The notes under the pieces were generated by a model. That model was not told the DNA's origin, searched no databases, and saw nothing but the letters and a program-made list of their open reading frames with translations. The position numbers were made by a program, and so were the translations under genes. This document shows, piece after piece, positions 10,373 to 21,056 of a stretch of 64,000 bases of DNA. This DNA is from an uncultured bacterium (GTDB taxonomy: Bacteria; Zhuqueibacterota; QNDG01; DTFT01). Where the stretch lies: positions 65,479 through 129,478 of the forward strand of contig CAVTNR010000001.1 in the NCBI GenBank assembly GCA_963736115.1. Reading direction: 5' to 3'. The first letter of the stretch is position 1. Every line of letters begins with the position of its first letter.

Positions 10373-12097
10373 CTACGCCTTTCCGAAGAGGGACTGTAGC
10401 CGTGATCCGTCCGAAATCTGAATGCCTCCGGTGGAGCCGAGCGCCAGGGAATCGATGCGGGGGTTGAAACTCAGAATGCCTGCGGCATGCGTGTATACGA
10501 TTTGGCCGTTCTTGAGAAGGGCATAGGTGTGGTCAGGATAAACGAATGAGACGTAGTGATCTTCATCCTGCACGCCGATACAGTAAGGCCTGGCGCCCTT
10601 TGTCGCATGGAATTTGATTCGCGGTACCAGCTGTTCGTCCACGAAAAGGCCGCTGCCGGTCTCATCCAAAGCAAGAATTCGATTTTCGGAGGGCATCGCA
10701 TGGGATATGTTTGCCAGATTGGAATGCCAGGGTGTCATCTTCCATTCGGCTAGAGAATACTGGTACAGTTTCTTTTCGCCGATCATGACAATATGGTCCT
10801 TGAAGCGTTTCATCCCGATGATGGAACGTTCCACCGGGAATTGTCGGACTGGCTGGTTCTCATGATACACGCAGAAATGACCCTGAAAATCGACAAGGCA
10901 GACGACCCGTCCGTCCGACTGGAAATCAAGGATTCCTGCCGGATGGCTGAACGACAGGCTTTTCTCACAGGAAGAGGAGTCGATCCGGACCATGTCGCCG
11001 TTCCACATTCCAACCATTACCTGTTCGCCGATGAGAATGCAATTCCCGGGAATTGCATACGATGGATTGCCCGGTTGTAATTGGATTTCCTTGCATTCAC
11101 CGGTTTCCCGAATCAGAAAGATGTTTCCGCACCAGTCGGCAAGTGCTATCAAACTGCCGGTGCATTGAATTTTTTTCATCTTCGAATGTACACGGACTTT
11201 GCCCAATAATTGTCCAGACAGGTCGAATACCCGGATATCGGTCAGATCGACCACGATGAACGCCTTACTTGTTTCGAAGAAATGGACTTGGGTGTTTTCT
11301 GGAGACCGGCCATATGGAACGGAAACGCCAGGACCTGGCGGAGGAGGTGGTGGTGTAGATACGACCTCGAAAGGATTGCTTGATGATGATTTATACCCAT
11401 CGGAACTGGCCGTAATGATGACATGACCGACTGAATGCCGGAAGGACAGGTCATTAAATACCGCAACCCCCTGGGATGTCTTCTGTTTGAGGGTACCCTG
11501 AAATCCATCTATATTTGCTGTCAATTCAACAATTTGGTCTTCTGAGCCGGGTTGTCCCCGGTCGGAGAGTGAAAGGCTTATTGGAGGTAATGTATTGTGA
11601 ATGACGACGTTGCCCAAAGGGGCTGCCCATTCAAGTTGTGGTACTTCACTGGTTATATTCAAACCCAAATCATGAATCAGTCGTGACAGCCAATGATCTG
11701 GATGTTTTTTTACGTCGAGATAATGGATATGATTGATCGACATGGGAATCAGGGATTTTGCCTCTTGATCGAGAAGAATAGGAAATATCTTGCCGGCGCT
11801 CCCGGTCGGATCAATTTGCAAAGTCTTTGTCAGTTCCCATTGAGTCATTTGTTTGTTAAAATATAGCGTGGAATAAACCAGAATTACGCATCGGCTCCGG
11901 AAAATAGCTTTTGCAAGAGCGTCGAGATATGATTGAGAAATTTGAAGACCGTTATCTTCATCCAGGAAAATGCCCGGTCTTTTTCCTTGTGGCGTTTTAC
12001 ATTGAGTCAATGGGATGTACAGGGAATTTTTAACCCAATCGTACTCTTCGCGCGCATAGCTGATGAAAATGTCGTAGGTGAATTCGCTGTTTTCCAT
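10373..12097 (-). CDS. TIR domain + Ig-like domain + beta-propeller protein
   Basis: TIR motifs YDIFISYARE, IFLDED, AIFRSRCVILVYS and QWEL. Then an Ig-like segment (GVAVFNDLSF), a poly-Pro linker and WD40-like blades (LADWCGNIFLI, VGMWNGDMVRI). Confidence 0.87.
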   Translation of the reverse strand: MENSEFTYDIFISYAREEYDWVKNSLYIPLTQCKTPQGKRPGIFLDEDNGLQISQSYLDALAKAIFRSRCVILVYSTLYFNKQMTQWELTKTLQIDPTGSAGKIFPILLDQEAKSLIPMSINHIHYLDVKKHPDHWLSRLIHDLGLNITSEVPQLEWAAPLGNVVIHNTLPPISLSLSDRGQPGSEDQIVELTANIDGFQGTLKQKTSQGVAVFNDLSFRHSVGHVIITASSDGYKSSSSNPFEVVSTPPPPPPGPGVSVPYGRSPENTQVHFFETSKAFIVVDLTDIRVFDLSGQLLGKVRVHSKMKKIQCTGSLIALADWCGNIFLIRETGECKEIQLQPGNPSYAIPGNCILIGEQVMVGMWNGDMVRIDSSSCEKSLSFSHPAGILDFQSDGRVVCLVDFQGHFCVYHENQPVRQFPVERSIIGMKRFKDHIVMIGEKKLYQYSLAEWKMTPWHSNLANISHAMPSENRILALDETGSGLFVDEQLVPRIKFHATKGARPYCIGVQDEDHYVSFVYPDHTYALLKNGQIVYTHAAGILSFNPRIDSLALGSTGGIQISDGSRLQSLFGKA

Positions 12098-12148
12098 TGA
12101 GGTCCTCTCGCGGCTGATCGGGAAACCTGAGAAAATTGAACGACCGGT

Positions 12149-13018
12149 TCAGTACCGGCCGAACCGCTTCAACGAAGATTCGAAATGCCCTTCCCTGACG
12201 AAATCCATCAATGCGTTGATCCGGCAGGGGATGAACGGATGACCCGCATTCATGTTGATCGGTCCAGCGACCGGGGCCGAGACGAGCAGCGGATATTGAA
12301 CCGAAAGGTATTTCTCAAGATCCACGTTACGGGCCAGTTCCACGCTTTTCAGGGCGACGGACAGCAGAGCAGAGGCGGCCTGTTTCCAGTCGCCGCACAT
12401 CAGAAGACCGATCCGGTCGCACCGGATTTCCATGCTTCGACAGTTGGCCATGACCTGGCGGTACACATTTTTCCATTCCTGGCCGGGAATGACGCGGTTC
12501 AGGACGTCTTCCTGGTTGTTGTCCACGAGATCCCGGATCAGGAATCCCAGCGACATTTCGCGGCACCATTCAGAGGTGTAGCTCAACAGATGCCCAGTTT
12601 CATGCCCGATGACGAAGGCCAATTCGATCTCGTTGAGGTTTTCAACCAGCCGGGTTCCGAGCAGCATGATGGGCCGTTTATGACTGACCACACTGACCGC
12701 GGACCAGGAATCGATGCCCTTACGGCCAAGATCCGAGACGACATAGACCTCGGGCCTGGCCCAGCCTGATTGACTGTACAGGTATTCGAACAATCGGTCC
12801 AGTCCGGGCAGCAACCGATAATCGACCAGCAGGCCGCCATCCAGTCCGATGATCCGTATTTTCTCGGTCCACTCGTCATGCCGGGATTCGTAGCGATCCA
12901 GGCCCGGCACCTGGGCCTCAATCCGGGACAGTGGGACGGATTCCCAGAGAAGCTGGAGATCGATAGCGCCCAGCCTGGGGAGCGATTGGGTATCGATGTC
13001 TTTCGAGATGAGTTTCAA
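12149..13018 (-). CDS. M48 family zinc metallopeptidase
   Basis: HExxH motif in ELAFVIGHETGH, followed by EIRCDRIGLL and HPFIPCRI, as in M48/HtpX-like peptidases. TTG start. Confidence 0.87.
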   Translation of the reverse strand: MKLISKDIDTQSLPRLGAIDLQLLWESVPLSRIEAQVPGLDRYESRHDEWTEKIRIIGLDGGLLVDYRLLPGLDRLFEYLYSQSGWARPEVYVVSDLGRKGIDSWSAVSVVSHKRPIMLLGTRLVENLNEIELAFVIGHETGHLLSYTSEWCREMSLGFLIRDLVDNNQEDVLNRVIPGQEWKNVYRQVMANCRSMEIRCDRIGLLMCGDWKQAASALLSVALKSVELARNVDLEKYLSVQYPLLVSAPVAGPINMNAGHPFIPCRINALMDFVREGHFESSLKRFGRY

Positions 13019-13030
13019 GGCTGTCTATTC

Positions 13031-15130
13031 CTATAATACACTATTGATTTGGGAGAGAATACCTTCGTACTGGGATACCATCTGCGACAGTGCATCCATC
13101 GCTCCCTTCGAAGAAACCTTCATTTGAGCCAGGGATGCAGCGGATTTGGCGTTGGATACCCTGCCCCGGAAATTTTCCAGATCGTAACGACTCGTGAACT
13201 TCGAACCGGACTTCAACACTCCGATGATGGACAGGAATTCCTTCCCGTGTTCGTCGACGACAGCCTTGTCCTTGAACTGCGCCCGGAACGAGGCGTTCAT
13301 GTCCTCGACCTGTTTGAGGTTGCGCTCCACTGCCTCTTCCAGCTGGTCGAGATTTTTTCTGGCGACATCCGTGATCAGCTTGCGGTTCAGGGCCGGAATC
13401 TCCCGCTTCAGTTTCCGCAGATCCTCGGTGATCTCTTCCAACTTGGTCTCTGAGTCGATTCCTGATTTCGCCCGTTCCATGATGGCCTTGAAACGCTCGC
13501 CGGCCTGCTGGATTACCGCGGCATCATTTTTCTGATCCTCGATGATCTTGCTCAGGGATTGCAGCGCTTCCAGATTGCGGTCAACCGCCTTGTCGAGCTG
13601 GGCCAGCGTCGCTTTAGAGTCATCACCCGTAATGTCGGTCAGAGCCCGAGTGGCCTGTTTTTTCACTTCTTTCAACCGCTTGAGGAGCTCCTCGAACACC
13701 TGGGGGCTGTCGATTCCCTGCTTGGCCCTTTCCATGATGGATACGAATTCAGTGATGATGGTGTTGACTCTCCGGGTCTCCTCCTGACGCTTGATCAGCA
13801 TCGAACGGATGCTCTGAAAGAAATGGATCGCCTGCTCGACCTGGGCGAGTAGTTGGGCCGGAACGGGCTGACCCGGATCGGCTGCGGCCTGTCGGGCAAA
13901 TTGGCGGGTTGTATCCAGTTCGGAAAGAACCGTATCAATGTCCGGGAGGCGCTGGTTCTGGAACGCGTCGTTGAACTGGCGGAATCGGCAGGCGGCGGTC
14001 AGGAAACTGAGAAATGGATATTCTGGAACGTACCGAAGCGCTGTGAATAAAATGCGCTCAGCGCCTGTAAAATCGCCTTGATTCATATGCTGTTGGGCCA
14101 CTTGGACCTCGTCCCGTACGATTAGGGACTGGAGTTTCTCCCGGTCCGCGGGCGATCCGGCCATCTTCACTTCGGAAATTTTCTTCGAGGAACCAAGCCG
14201 ACCCAGCAGACCACCCGTTGAGAACTGCCTGAGATAGGCCTCGAACAACCGGGCTTCAGTGGTTCCCTTGTATCGGTCATCGACCTTCCCGAGCGCCCTC
14301 AATGCCCGCCCGAATTCCTCCTTTTTGAAATGCTCGATGGCCGGATGCAGTGCCATGTACAGGAGCTGGGATTCCAGATCGTTTTTCAAGCCGTTCAGAA
14401 TCGACGGTACGTTGTGCCCGGCGACGCGGATCCCTTCCAGAACGCACTCGTACGCGGCGGCTGGGTTCCGCTGCCCCATCAGGAGGATCGCCTTGAAGGC
14501 ATAGTATTCGGCGCGGCTTGGATCGAGCTGCATCAGTTCGGACAGCTGGTTGAACAGCATGTTCGCGCTGAGGAGCATGAGAATGGGAAACTTGACGTAA
14601 ACCTGGCCGCAGGCTTTCGTCTTCAGCATAGCGATCAGATCGGCGAGCGGTTTTCCCGTATGGGCGCCGTCTATGGAGGCGAGGATCCGCAGGGCGGTGA
14701 TCTGCGTGCTGAGCGTTCCGATCGGAGAATCCGAGTTCAGGATGCACAGCGCCTTCAGGTACAGGGCCTCGGGATGGGCTGGTTTCTTGGCCAGGTAGGC
14801 ATCGAGCTTCTGAACGGCTTCCTGGTATTCTTTTTTCTGAATGTGCGCTTTCGCCTGCTGCAGCAGTGCGATGTCCACGTCGATGAGACCGCCTACCTGA
14901 CGGAAGGCATCGTCCGGCAGTATTTCCCCCAGACGCAGCGACTCATCCGACTTGGCACTGGCGGCCATTTTGTTGAGCTCCGCTTGGACGTCGAAGCCGT
15001 TCATCTTGGCCTTGCTGGGGTCGATGACCGGACCCTTCAGCACGAAACCTTCCTTGAACTCCGGCACCTTAGTGGAGACCTTCATCAACTCCGGTGCTTC
15101 AACGAACTGGCTTTCTTTAACGGCGGTCAT
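13031..15130 (-). CDS. TPR protein with three C-terminal 85-aa helical repeats
   Basis: TPR-like segment AKAHIQKKEYQEAVQKLDAYLAKKPAHPEALYLKA. IMERAK(Q/S)GIDS recurs at a 255-nt period. Confidence 0.82.
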   Translation of the reverse strand: MTAVKESQFVEAPELMKVSTKVPEFKEGFVLKGPVIDPSKAKMNGFDVQAELNKMAASAKSDESLRLGEILPDDAFRQVGGLIDVDIALLQQAKAHIQKKEYQEAVQKLDAYLAKKPAHPEALYLKALCILNSDSPIGTLSTQITALRILASIDGAHTGKPLADLIAMLKTKACGQVYVKFPILMLLSANMLFNQLSELMQLDPSRAEYYAFKAILLMGQRNPAAAYECVLEGIRVAGHNVPSILNGLKNDLESQLLYMALHPAIEHFKKEEFGRALRALGKVDDRYKGTTEARLFEAYLRQFSTGGLLGRLGSSKKISEVKMAGSPADREKLQSLIVRDEVQVAQQHMNQGDFTGAERILFTALRYVPEYPFLSFLTAACRFRQFNDAFQNQRLPDIDTVLSELDTTRQFARQAAADPGQPVPAQLLAQVEQAIHFFQSIRSMLIKRQEETRRVNTIITEFVSIMERAKQGIDSPQVFEELLKRLKEVKKQATRALTDITGDDSKATLAQLDKAVDRNLEALQSLSKIIEDQKNDAAVIQQAGERFKAIMERAKSGIDSETKLEEITEDLRKLKREIPALNRKLITDVARKNLDQLEEAVERNLKQVEDMNASFRAQFKDKAVVDEHGKEFLSIIGVLKSGSKFTSRYDLENFRGRVSNAKSAASLAQMKVSSKGAMDALSQMVSQYEGILSQINSVL

Positions 15131-15141
15131 GGAGATTCCCT

Positions 15142-15369
15142 TTATTCTAGATCGATATTCTCAGGCTCCGGCACGTTTTCGAGTAGATGTTCGGCGGACC
15201 GCCGGCATAACTGGTATTCCTTCTCCTGGGTGATATCCGTCAGCTCAAGGATCGAGGATACGACGTTCATCTGTTCCGTCGAGAATTCCTCTGCTTTCGT
15301 GACGCTTTCGGAGCTCACAACCAGCGCTTCGAGCATCTTTTTCCTGTTGAGAGACTGGGTTTTGGCCAT
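15142..15369 (-). CDS. Small acidic hypothetical protein (75 aa)
   Basis: ATG lies 3 nt after the upstream stop with a GAGG RBS, and the ORF fills the gap in the operon exactly. Confidence 0.75.
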   Translation of the reverse strand: MAKTQSLNRKKMLEALVVSSESVTKAEEFSTEQMNVVSSILELTDITQEKEYQLCRRSAEHLLENVPEPENIDLE

Positions 15370-15372
15370 GGA

Positions 15373-17426
15373 TCACCTCTTTTTCCTGGTTTCCTTCGGG
15401 GCGGCCGGTTTGATCCTTCGCGTTTTCGCGGGTGGGCCTGCTTCCAAAAGGAGGATTTCCGCCGGCTCCGGGGTTAAAATACCTTCCTTTTCATCCTCCT
15501 CTTCAGGCAGCAGCACTTCGCCGGTGTAGACCAGAACCCGGTTGACTTTCGCCTCCACCTGATCGTAGGTGTCCTTGATCCGCTGAGTGTTTTCCGAAAT
15601 CTCTTTCATCGATTTTTCCAATTCCTCTTCGGCCTTTTTCCCCTTTCCGGCGGGGTCTTTCGATGCGCCGGCCTTGATCGCGCCGATGATGGCGCCCATC
15701 CGCTTACGGATGAATTCCTGCCGGGTGGAAAGGTTCTGAATGGTCGGCCCTTCGCCGCTGGTCGCCTGATCTTCGGTTATCATTTCCCCAAGGAGATGCC
15801 TGAAATGCGGGAAGGCTTCCAGGCGATGGATCAACTTTTCCTTCAGCTCCTCCTTCAGTACCTGAGGGACGCTTTTATTGTCCAGATAATTATTGACGAT
15901 CGAAAAGTATGTTTTGATGGAATCCTTCTGGAGTTCGTCCAGTTTTCTTTCCCGCTTGATGATGAGGTCCACCTCGGGAACTAGCGAGCTCGATTTCTCG
16001 AGCATGTCCAGCGACTCCTCCCGAAGCGCATTGTGGAAGAAGAAATAATCGACCAGCCCCTGAATCAGTTTGGGGTCGGGCATTTCGGAATCGATGGCCA
16101 TGACCTTGTTCAGGCGATCACGAAGGCTATCCCGTTCCGCAGGGGTCAGGCCCGATTTTTCGTCTTTTTCGCACCATTCGTGAATCAGGGAGACCGCATG
16201 CCAGAGAAGGACGTTCCGGATCAGAAGGTCCTTGTCGTCAAGTTTGCGCTCGCCTTCACCCGCGTATTCATCGCCGCCGGATTTACCGGTTTTCGCCTTT
16301 TGCGATTGAGGATCCCCGTAGTCTTTTTCGAGCTTTTGTACAATACCCATCAGGGGTTTCCGCAGCTGGCTCCGTTCTCCGGAACACCACCGGCAGAGCA
16401 GAAGTCCGATTTCGGCGTTCATCGTCGAACGCTTCTCCTGCGTCGCCCGTGCTTCCGCCGCCTCGAAATATTCCCTGGCCTGGAGGAATTCCTTGTTGAA
16501 AAGCGAAACAATGCCCAATGTGACCTGGTGATCGCTGATACTTCCGGGAACCCGGTCTGCATGCACGCCCAGACTCCGTACGCGGTCAAAGTACTGAACA
16601 GCCTCCTTGATTTCGCGCTTTTTCCAGTGTTCTTTCCCGAGATTGAAGCAGGCGATGCTCATCAGCTCCTTCGATTTGAGAAAATCCTGGAGTGCATCCT
16701 GGTTGGTATCGTATATCTCATAAGCGTACTTGTATTTCTCCACTTTTACTTTCGCCCAAAGGTCCAAATACTGAACCGCCGGATCCGATAGGTTTACCCT
16801 AGACAGGTCCTCTATCGTCCCGCTGCAGTCGTCTCGCAGGGCGCGGAGGTAGGCGCGCGCAAAATAGGCCTCATCGAGGTCGTTCTGTTTGAGCCCTGAG
16901 GTGATGGCCTTTGTCAGCAGATCCTCCGCGTCCGTATACTCGGTTCTCCTCTCCTGATCGATGATCCGGAGCGCCTGAAGCAGGGGTTTTCTTTTCTTCG
17001 CGGGCTGAATGATCGAGAAAAAAAGAATGAGCCCCAGAATCACCAGGATCAGAAAACCGAGCACGGTACCGCCGATCAGGATCAGACTTCTGTCTATTCC
17101 GGCGAACAGTCCCTTTTTCTCTCCGGCTGATTCTTCGGTCAGACCGGTTTCTGCGGCGCCGCGCCCGGAAGGGGATACTGCCGGAGTTCCCGATGGTCCG
17201 GTTTCGGGCGGAACGGAAGCCGAACTGTCGGCCGGGCCGACGGTTGTCCATGTGTGGTCCGGCTTGAGCAAGACCTGTGCGCGCCCTTCGTCCGGGCGAG
17301 TTCGTCGGCCACCGACGGAGCGGCGAGTATCGCCACAAGGAGAAGGATCGTCAGCCCCATGGCTTTCGTCCGGCTATTTTGTCCCATCGGAAGTTTGTTT
17401 CGGAAAATCCGCCTTGATCGCCGCAT
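15373..17426 (-). CDS. Membrane-anchored TPR protein with signal peptide; frameshift at ~17282
   Basis: ORF 17139-17426 supplies a signal peptide (GLTILLLVAILAAPSVA) that joins ORF 15373-17271 at ARTKG/QVLLKPDHTW. TM helix LILIGGTVLGFLILVILGLILFFSII is followed by TPR-like repeats (AYFARAYLRA, ACFNLGKEHW). Confidence 0.75.
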
Positions 17427-17456
17427 TTTCCCCTCTTTCCTTTTTTCTGGATACCG

Positions 17457-19039
17457 TTACCGTCTGCAGTCTGTCAGCATTTTCTCGAGCTGGAGGATCC
17501 GGCTGCCGAAACGCTCGATGACCGCGGGCTCGACGCGCCGCGGATCCGTGACGGGATATCGTGCGACCGTGGACAAGGCGTTTTTAATCCCGTCCAGGAA
17601 GGCGCGAGCAGCCTCGAACTTGCCGGGGCTCTCCGGGATTTCACCGATCAACGCTTCCGAGTACAGCAGGGTCCGCGGAAATTCCCACCACATGAAGGTT
17701 GGCTGCCCTCGGGACGGGTCCCCACTTGCACTGGATGAGTAGTAAAGGTACGGGTGAAGAACCTGCTGGGCATTGACAAACTGGCCCTTTTTAATGAAAT
17801 AGGACGTCACTTCCATGAACAGTCTGTCCCTATCGGTGGTTGGAAGCGCATGATAATCACGCCACGCCATGGCGATCATCTTGGCCGGGCTGTCCATCTG
17901 AATCTTCGACGGCGCGTCGGTGTGGTCCGGACCGGTCCAGTTGAGAAGAATCGCGAGCTGCAGCCGGTGGGATTCGATGTTCCCGGCGGGAGCCGATTGG
18001 ACGGCCCGTTCGAGCCATTCCAAGCCAGCAACCGCGTCCTGAAGATCCTCCTTTGCGATCCTTCCGGCTAGTAGAAGGAGATCGAACCGGCTCTCTCCCA
18101 GACAGACATCCCCGATGAAATCGATGGCCTTTTGAAACCGTTTTTTAGCCCGGAGGTCTTCCACGACGGCTCGGGGATCCAGGCGGTCTGCGAGGTCCCG
18201 CAGCTTGACGGCCGCCTGGGCTGGATCCGCGTCTGCTCGGATCCGGGGATCTGGATCCAGTGCGGTCCGTACCATGTGCACGACTTCCGGATACAGATCG
18301 ACCCGGTCGATCCAGATAGGCATTCTTTTCGTGAGCCCCTCCGGCTCGAACAGGGTGCTGGACGCCCCTTTTTGAATGAGCAAGAAGGGGTCTTCCGTCG
18401 CGCTCCATGAAAAGAGGCATTGCATCATCATAACCCCGCACACGTAAATATCGAGGTTTCGGTCCCGGATCATTTTTCGGTTCCCCCGGATGAGTTCGGG
18501 GGCCAGAAATGGGATTCGGGAGGGTTCGGCGAGCAGTGTTTCGAAACGCGGCCAGTACCCCAGGACGGAAGCGCCAGCAGAACCGGCCACTGATCCTTGA
18601 ATACGATGTCCGCAGGCATGGGGTAATTCACTTCCCCGTTCGTCTCCCACCAGACGGGCAGGGAACCGGCGACCTTCGACATGAGGAAAAGGCGGTTCCG
18701 TGGGTCGGCTTCGGACAGCAGTTCGAGCATGCTGCGTCCGCTTGTTTCATAGGCCACGTAGAAAAACAGGCTGCCCTGCACCGTCACGTCGCCGGTCTCC
18801 ACGATCTGCGCCAGTCCCTGCCTTTGCGGTTTGCCGATCCACCCGTCTATTTCCGAGCGTTGGGTGAGCGACAGGACATCGTCGATCGGAAGGAGGCGGA
18901 AATACCGACTTCCGGATGCCTCCCGGTACACATAACCCCGCAGGCTCGGGCCCACGTATTCGAGCCGCTCGCCGGCCCTGCCGACCTGTAGCGTCGCGGG
19001 CGGGTTCAGCGGGTCATTTTTTCGCTTTTGCGTAGACAT
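17457..19039 (-). CDS. Ser/Thr protein kinase-like (probable pseudokinase) + TPR; frameshift at 18558-18561
   Basis: Joins ORFs 18470-19039 and 17457-18650 at a G4 run. Kinase C-lobe motifs FLAPEL, DIYVCG and ALDPDPRIR are present, but no HRD or DFG. The true start may be the ATGA overlap at 19017. Confidence 0.72.
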
Positions 19040-21056
19040 CTTCGAGTGTGTCTCCCAAGTCTTCCAGCTTCTCGCCGGTAATTCCGGAATTCAGGGCTGA
19101 TATGAAATCGCTGAACGCCTTGAGTAGGTTTGTGTCCGTCTCCTGGAGCAGATGTTTCTGCGTCCGACGGACGATGGATTTGAACTGTTCCGGAACGGGG
19201 AGTGCGGGTTCCGGAATTCCTCCCGCGGCCGGTGCTCCCTGGGCAGGCTCGGGCTTTACCGGAGTGGTGGGGGAACCGGGAGAAGGCGTCGCCGGTCCCG
19301 GCGCTGGCTGTTGCGGCTGGGATCCGGGTACGGCTCCAGGCTGCGGGGGAGGGGTGAAGCCGCCCGGACCGGATGGACCCGGCTGCGGGGGGACCTGGAC
19401 ACTGCCGTGGGCATATAGACCGAGCAGTGTGTTTCGCTTCTGGATCAAGGCGGCGTCTCCCCCGATGCCCGTCTTCTGCTCGAATTTCATTTCATACTGC
19501 TTCCCGGTCTGCACGTGGAAGACCACCATGGTCAGGAGTCCGTTGACGTCGAGCTTGAAAGTCACTTCGAACTTGTGAAATCCTTCCGGCTTGGGATCGA
19601 CGTTCTCGATGGTGAGCTCGCCGATCGGTGTGTTCTCGAAAACAAACTCGCCTTCTCCCTGAAATACAACCGCTTTGATCCGCGTCGCATTCTCCTGATT
19701 GCCGAATATGTCGTTCTTCACTTCGATTGGGATGTTGCTGCCTTGAGCGATCATCCGCACGCACCTACCGCCCGCGACGCCGACCCCGAGCGAATGCTCC
19801 GTGATCAGGCGGATCTGCTGGTCGTCCACGGACTGGGCGTTCAATTTCAACGATTCATTCCGGCGCTTGATGTCGAATTCGCCCTCGGTGGGAGCGAATC
19901 GCTTTGCCAGTATCGCCGCGCCCCGGGCGACCACGGTGTCCGGATTGAGTTCGCTTTTGACGAAGCTGTCATCCTTCTTGAAATAATCGAGGAGCATTTC
20001 CTTGACCTTGGGGATTTTGCTAGAGCCGCCGACCAGGAGAATCGCATCCACCTGGTCCCGGTCGATCCCTTTCTGCTCCCGGGCGTTGCTGATGGCCTTG
20101 TCGACGTAAGTGAGGGACTTGCGAAGGAGTCCGTCGATCAGCGACAGAAAGACATCTTTCGTCAGGACCAGCTGGAGCTCGTGTTTAATTGATTCGAGCG
20201 ACATCGTCGCGGATTCGTTGTAACTCAAGGCGATTTTGGCCGGTTCCGAGACCGATTTGATCTTCGCCTTCGCCAGAGGGTCCGCGCCTACATCGATTCC
20301 CTGTTTGCGGAGCTCTTCGACCGCCCATTCCACGATGGCATTGTCGAAATCCCCACCGCCGAGACGCGGATCGCCGGCCGTCGCGATGACGTTCAGATTG
20401 CCCGTTTCAACCTGGATGATGGACACGTCAAAGGTTCCGCCCCCGAGATCGTACACGAGATAGGTTTTTTTCTCCGTCTCCTCCCGGTCCACTCCGTAGC
20501 AGATGGCCGCGGCTGTCGGTTCCGGGATGATCTGCCTCGGGTACAGCCCGGCGAGCAGGGCGGCTTCTTCAGTCGCTTTCTTCTGCGGCTCCATGAAGTA
20601 GGCGGGCACGGTCACCACCGCGTCGTGGATTTCCTCCCCGATCTCCCGCTCGGCCACTTCTTTCATCTTCATCAGGATGAACGCACTGATTTCCTGGGGC
20701 AGCATCCATTCCCCTGCAAAAAACACTTCCACAGGTTGTCCGATCTTGCGGGCGTTCTGGGCCCGGAATCGTTCCAGGGCGTTGTTTTTCTCTGAGAACA
20801 GCTCGCCCATTTCCCGCTTGATTTCTATCACGGTGTCCTCGGGGCGGACGGGGCAATTTCGCTTGGCAGCAGCGCCCACGATGACCTTGCGGAGCATCTG
20901 GTCCGTGCTGACGACCGAAGGGGTCGTTTCGGGATTGGTGTCCGATTCGGGGTTCTTGATGATTTCAGCCTGTTCAGTATAGGTATTATAAGAAGCCACG
21001 GCCGAATACGTCGTACCGAGATCGATACCGATCACCTTGTGCATTTTGTCGTTCAT
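19014..21056 (-). CDS. Hsp70 family protein with Pro-rich linker and helical tail (680 aa)
   Basis: Motifs [45 protein letters not shown] and [11 protein letters not shown]. Substrate-binding domain ([13 protein letters not shown]) followed by a Pro/Gly-rich segment. Confidence 0.94.
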   Translation of the reverse strand: MNDKMHKVIGIDLGTTYSAVASYNTYTEQAEIIKNPESDTNPETTPSVVSTDQMLRKVIVGAAAKRNCPVRPEDTVIEIKREMGELFSEKNNALERFRAQNARKIGQPVEVFFAGEWMLPQEISAFILMKMKEVAEREIGEEIHDAVVTVPAYFMEPQKKATEEAALLAGLYPRQIIPEPTAAAICYGVDREETEKKTYLVYDLGGGTFDVSIIQVETGNLNVIATAGDPRLGGGDFDNAIVEWAVEELRKQGIDVGADPLAKAKIKSVSEPAKIALSYNESATMSLESIKHELQLVLTKDVFLSLIDGLLRKSLTYVDKAISNAREQKGIDRDQVDAILLVGGSSKIPKVKEMLLDYFKKDDSFVKSELNPDTVVARGAAILAKRFAPTEGEFDIKRRNESLKLNAQSVDDQQIRLITEHSLGVGVAGGRCVRMIAQGSNIPIEVKNDIFGNQENATRIKAVVFQGEGEFVFENTPIGELTIENVDPKPEGFHKFEVTFKLDVNGLLTMVVFHVQTGKQYEMKFEQKTGIGGDAALIQKRNTLLGLYAHGSVQVPPQPGPSGPGGFTPPPQPGAVPGSQPQQPAPGPATPSPGSPTTPVKPEPAQGAPAAGGIPEPALPVPEQFKSIVRRTQKHLLQETDTNLLKAFSDFISALNSGITGEKLEDLGDTLEDVYAKAKK

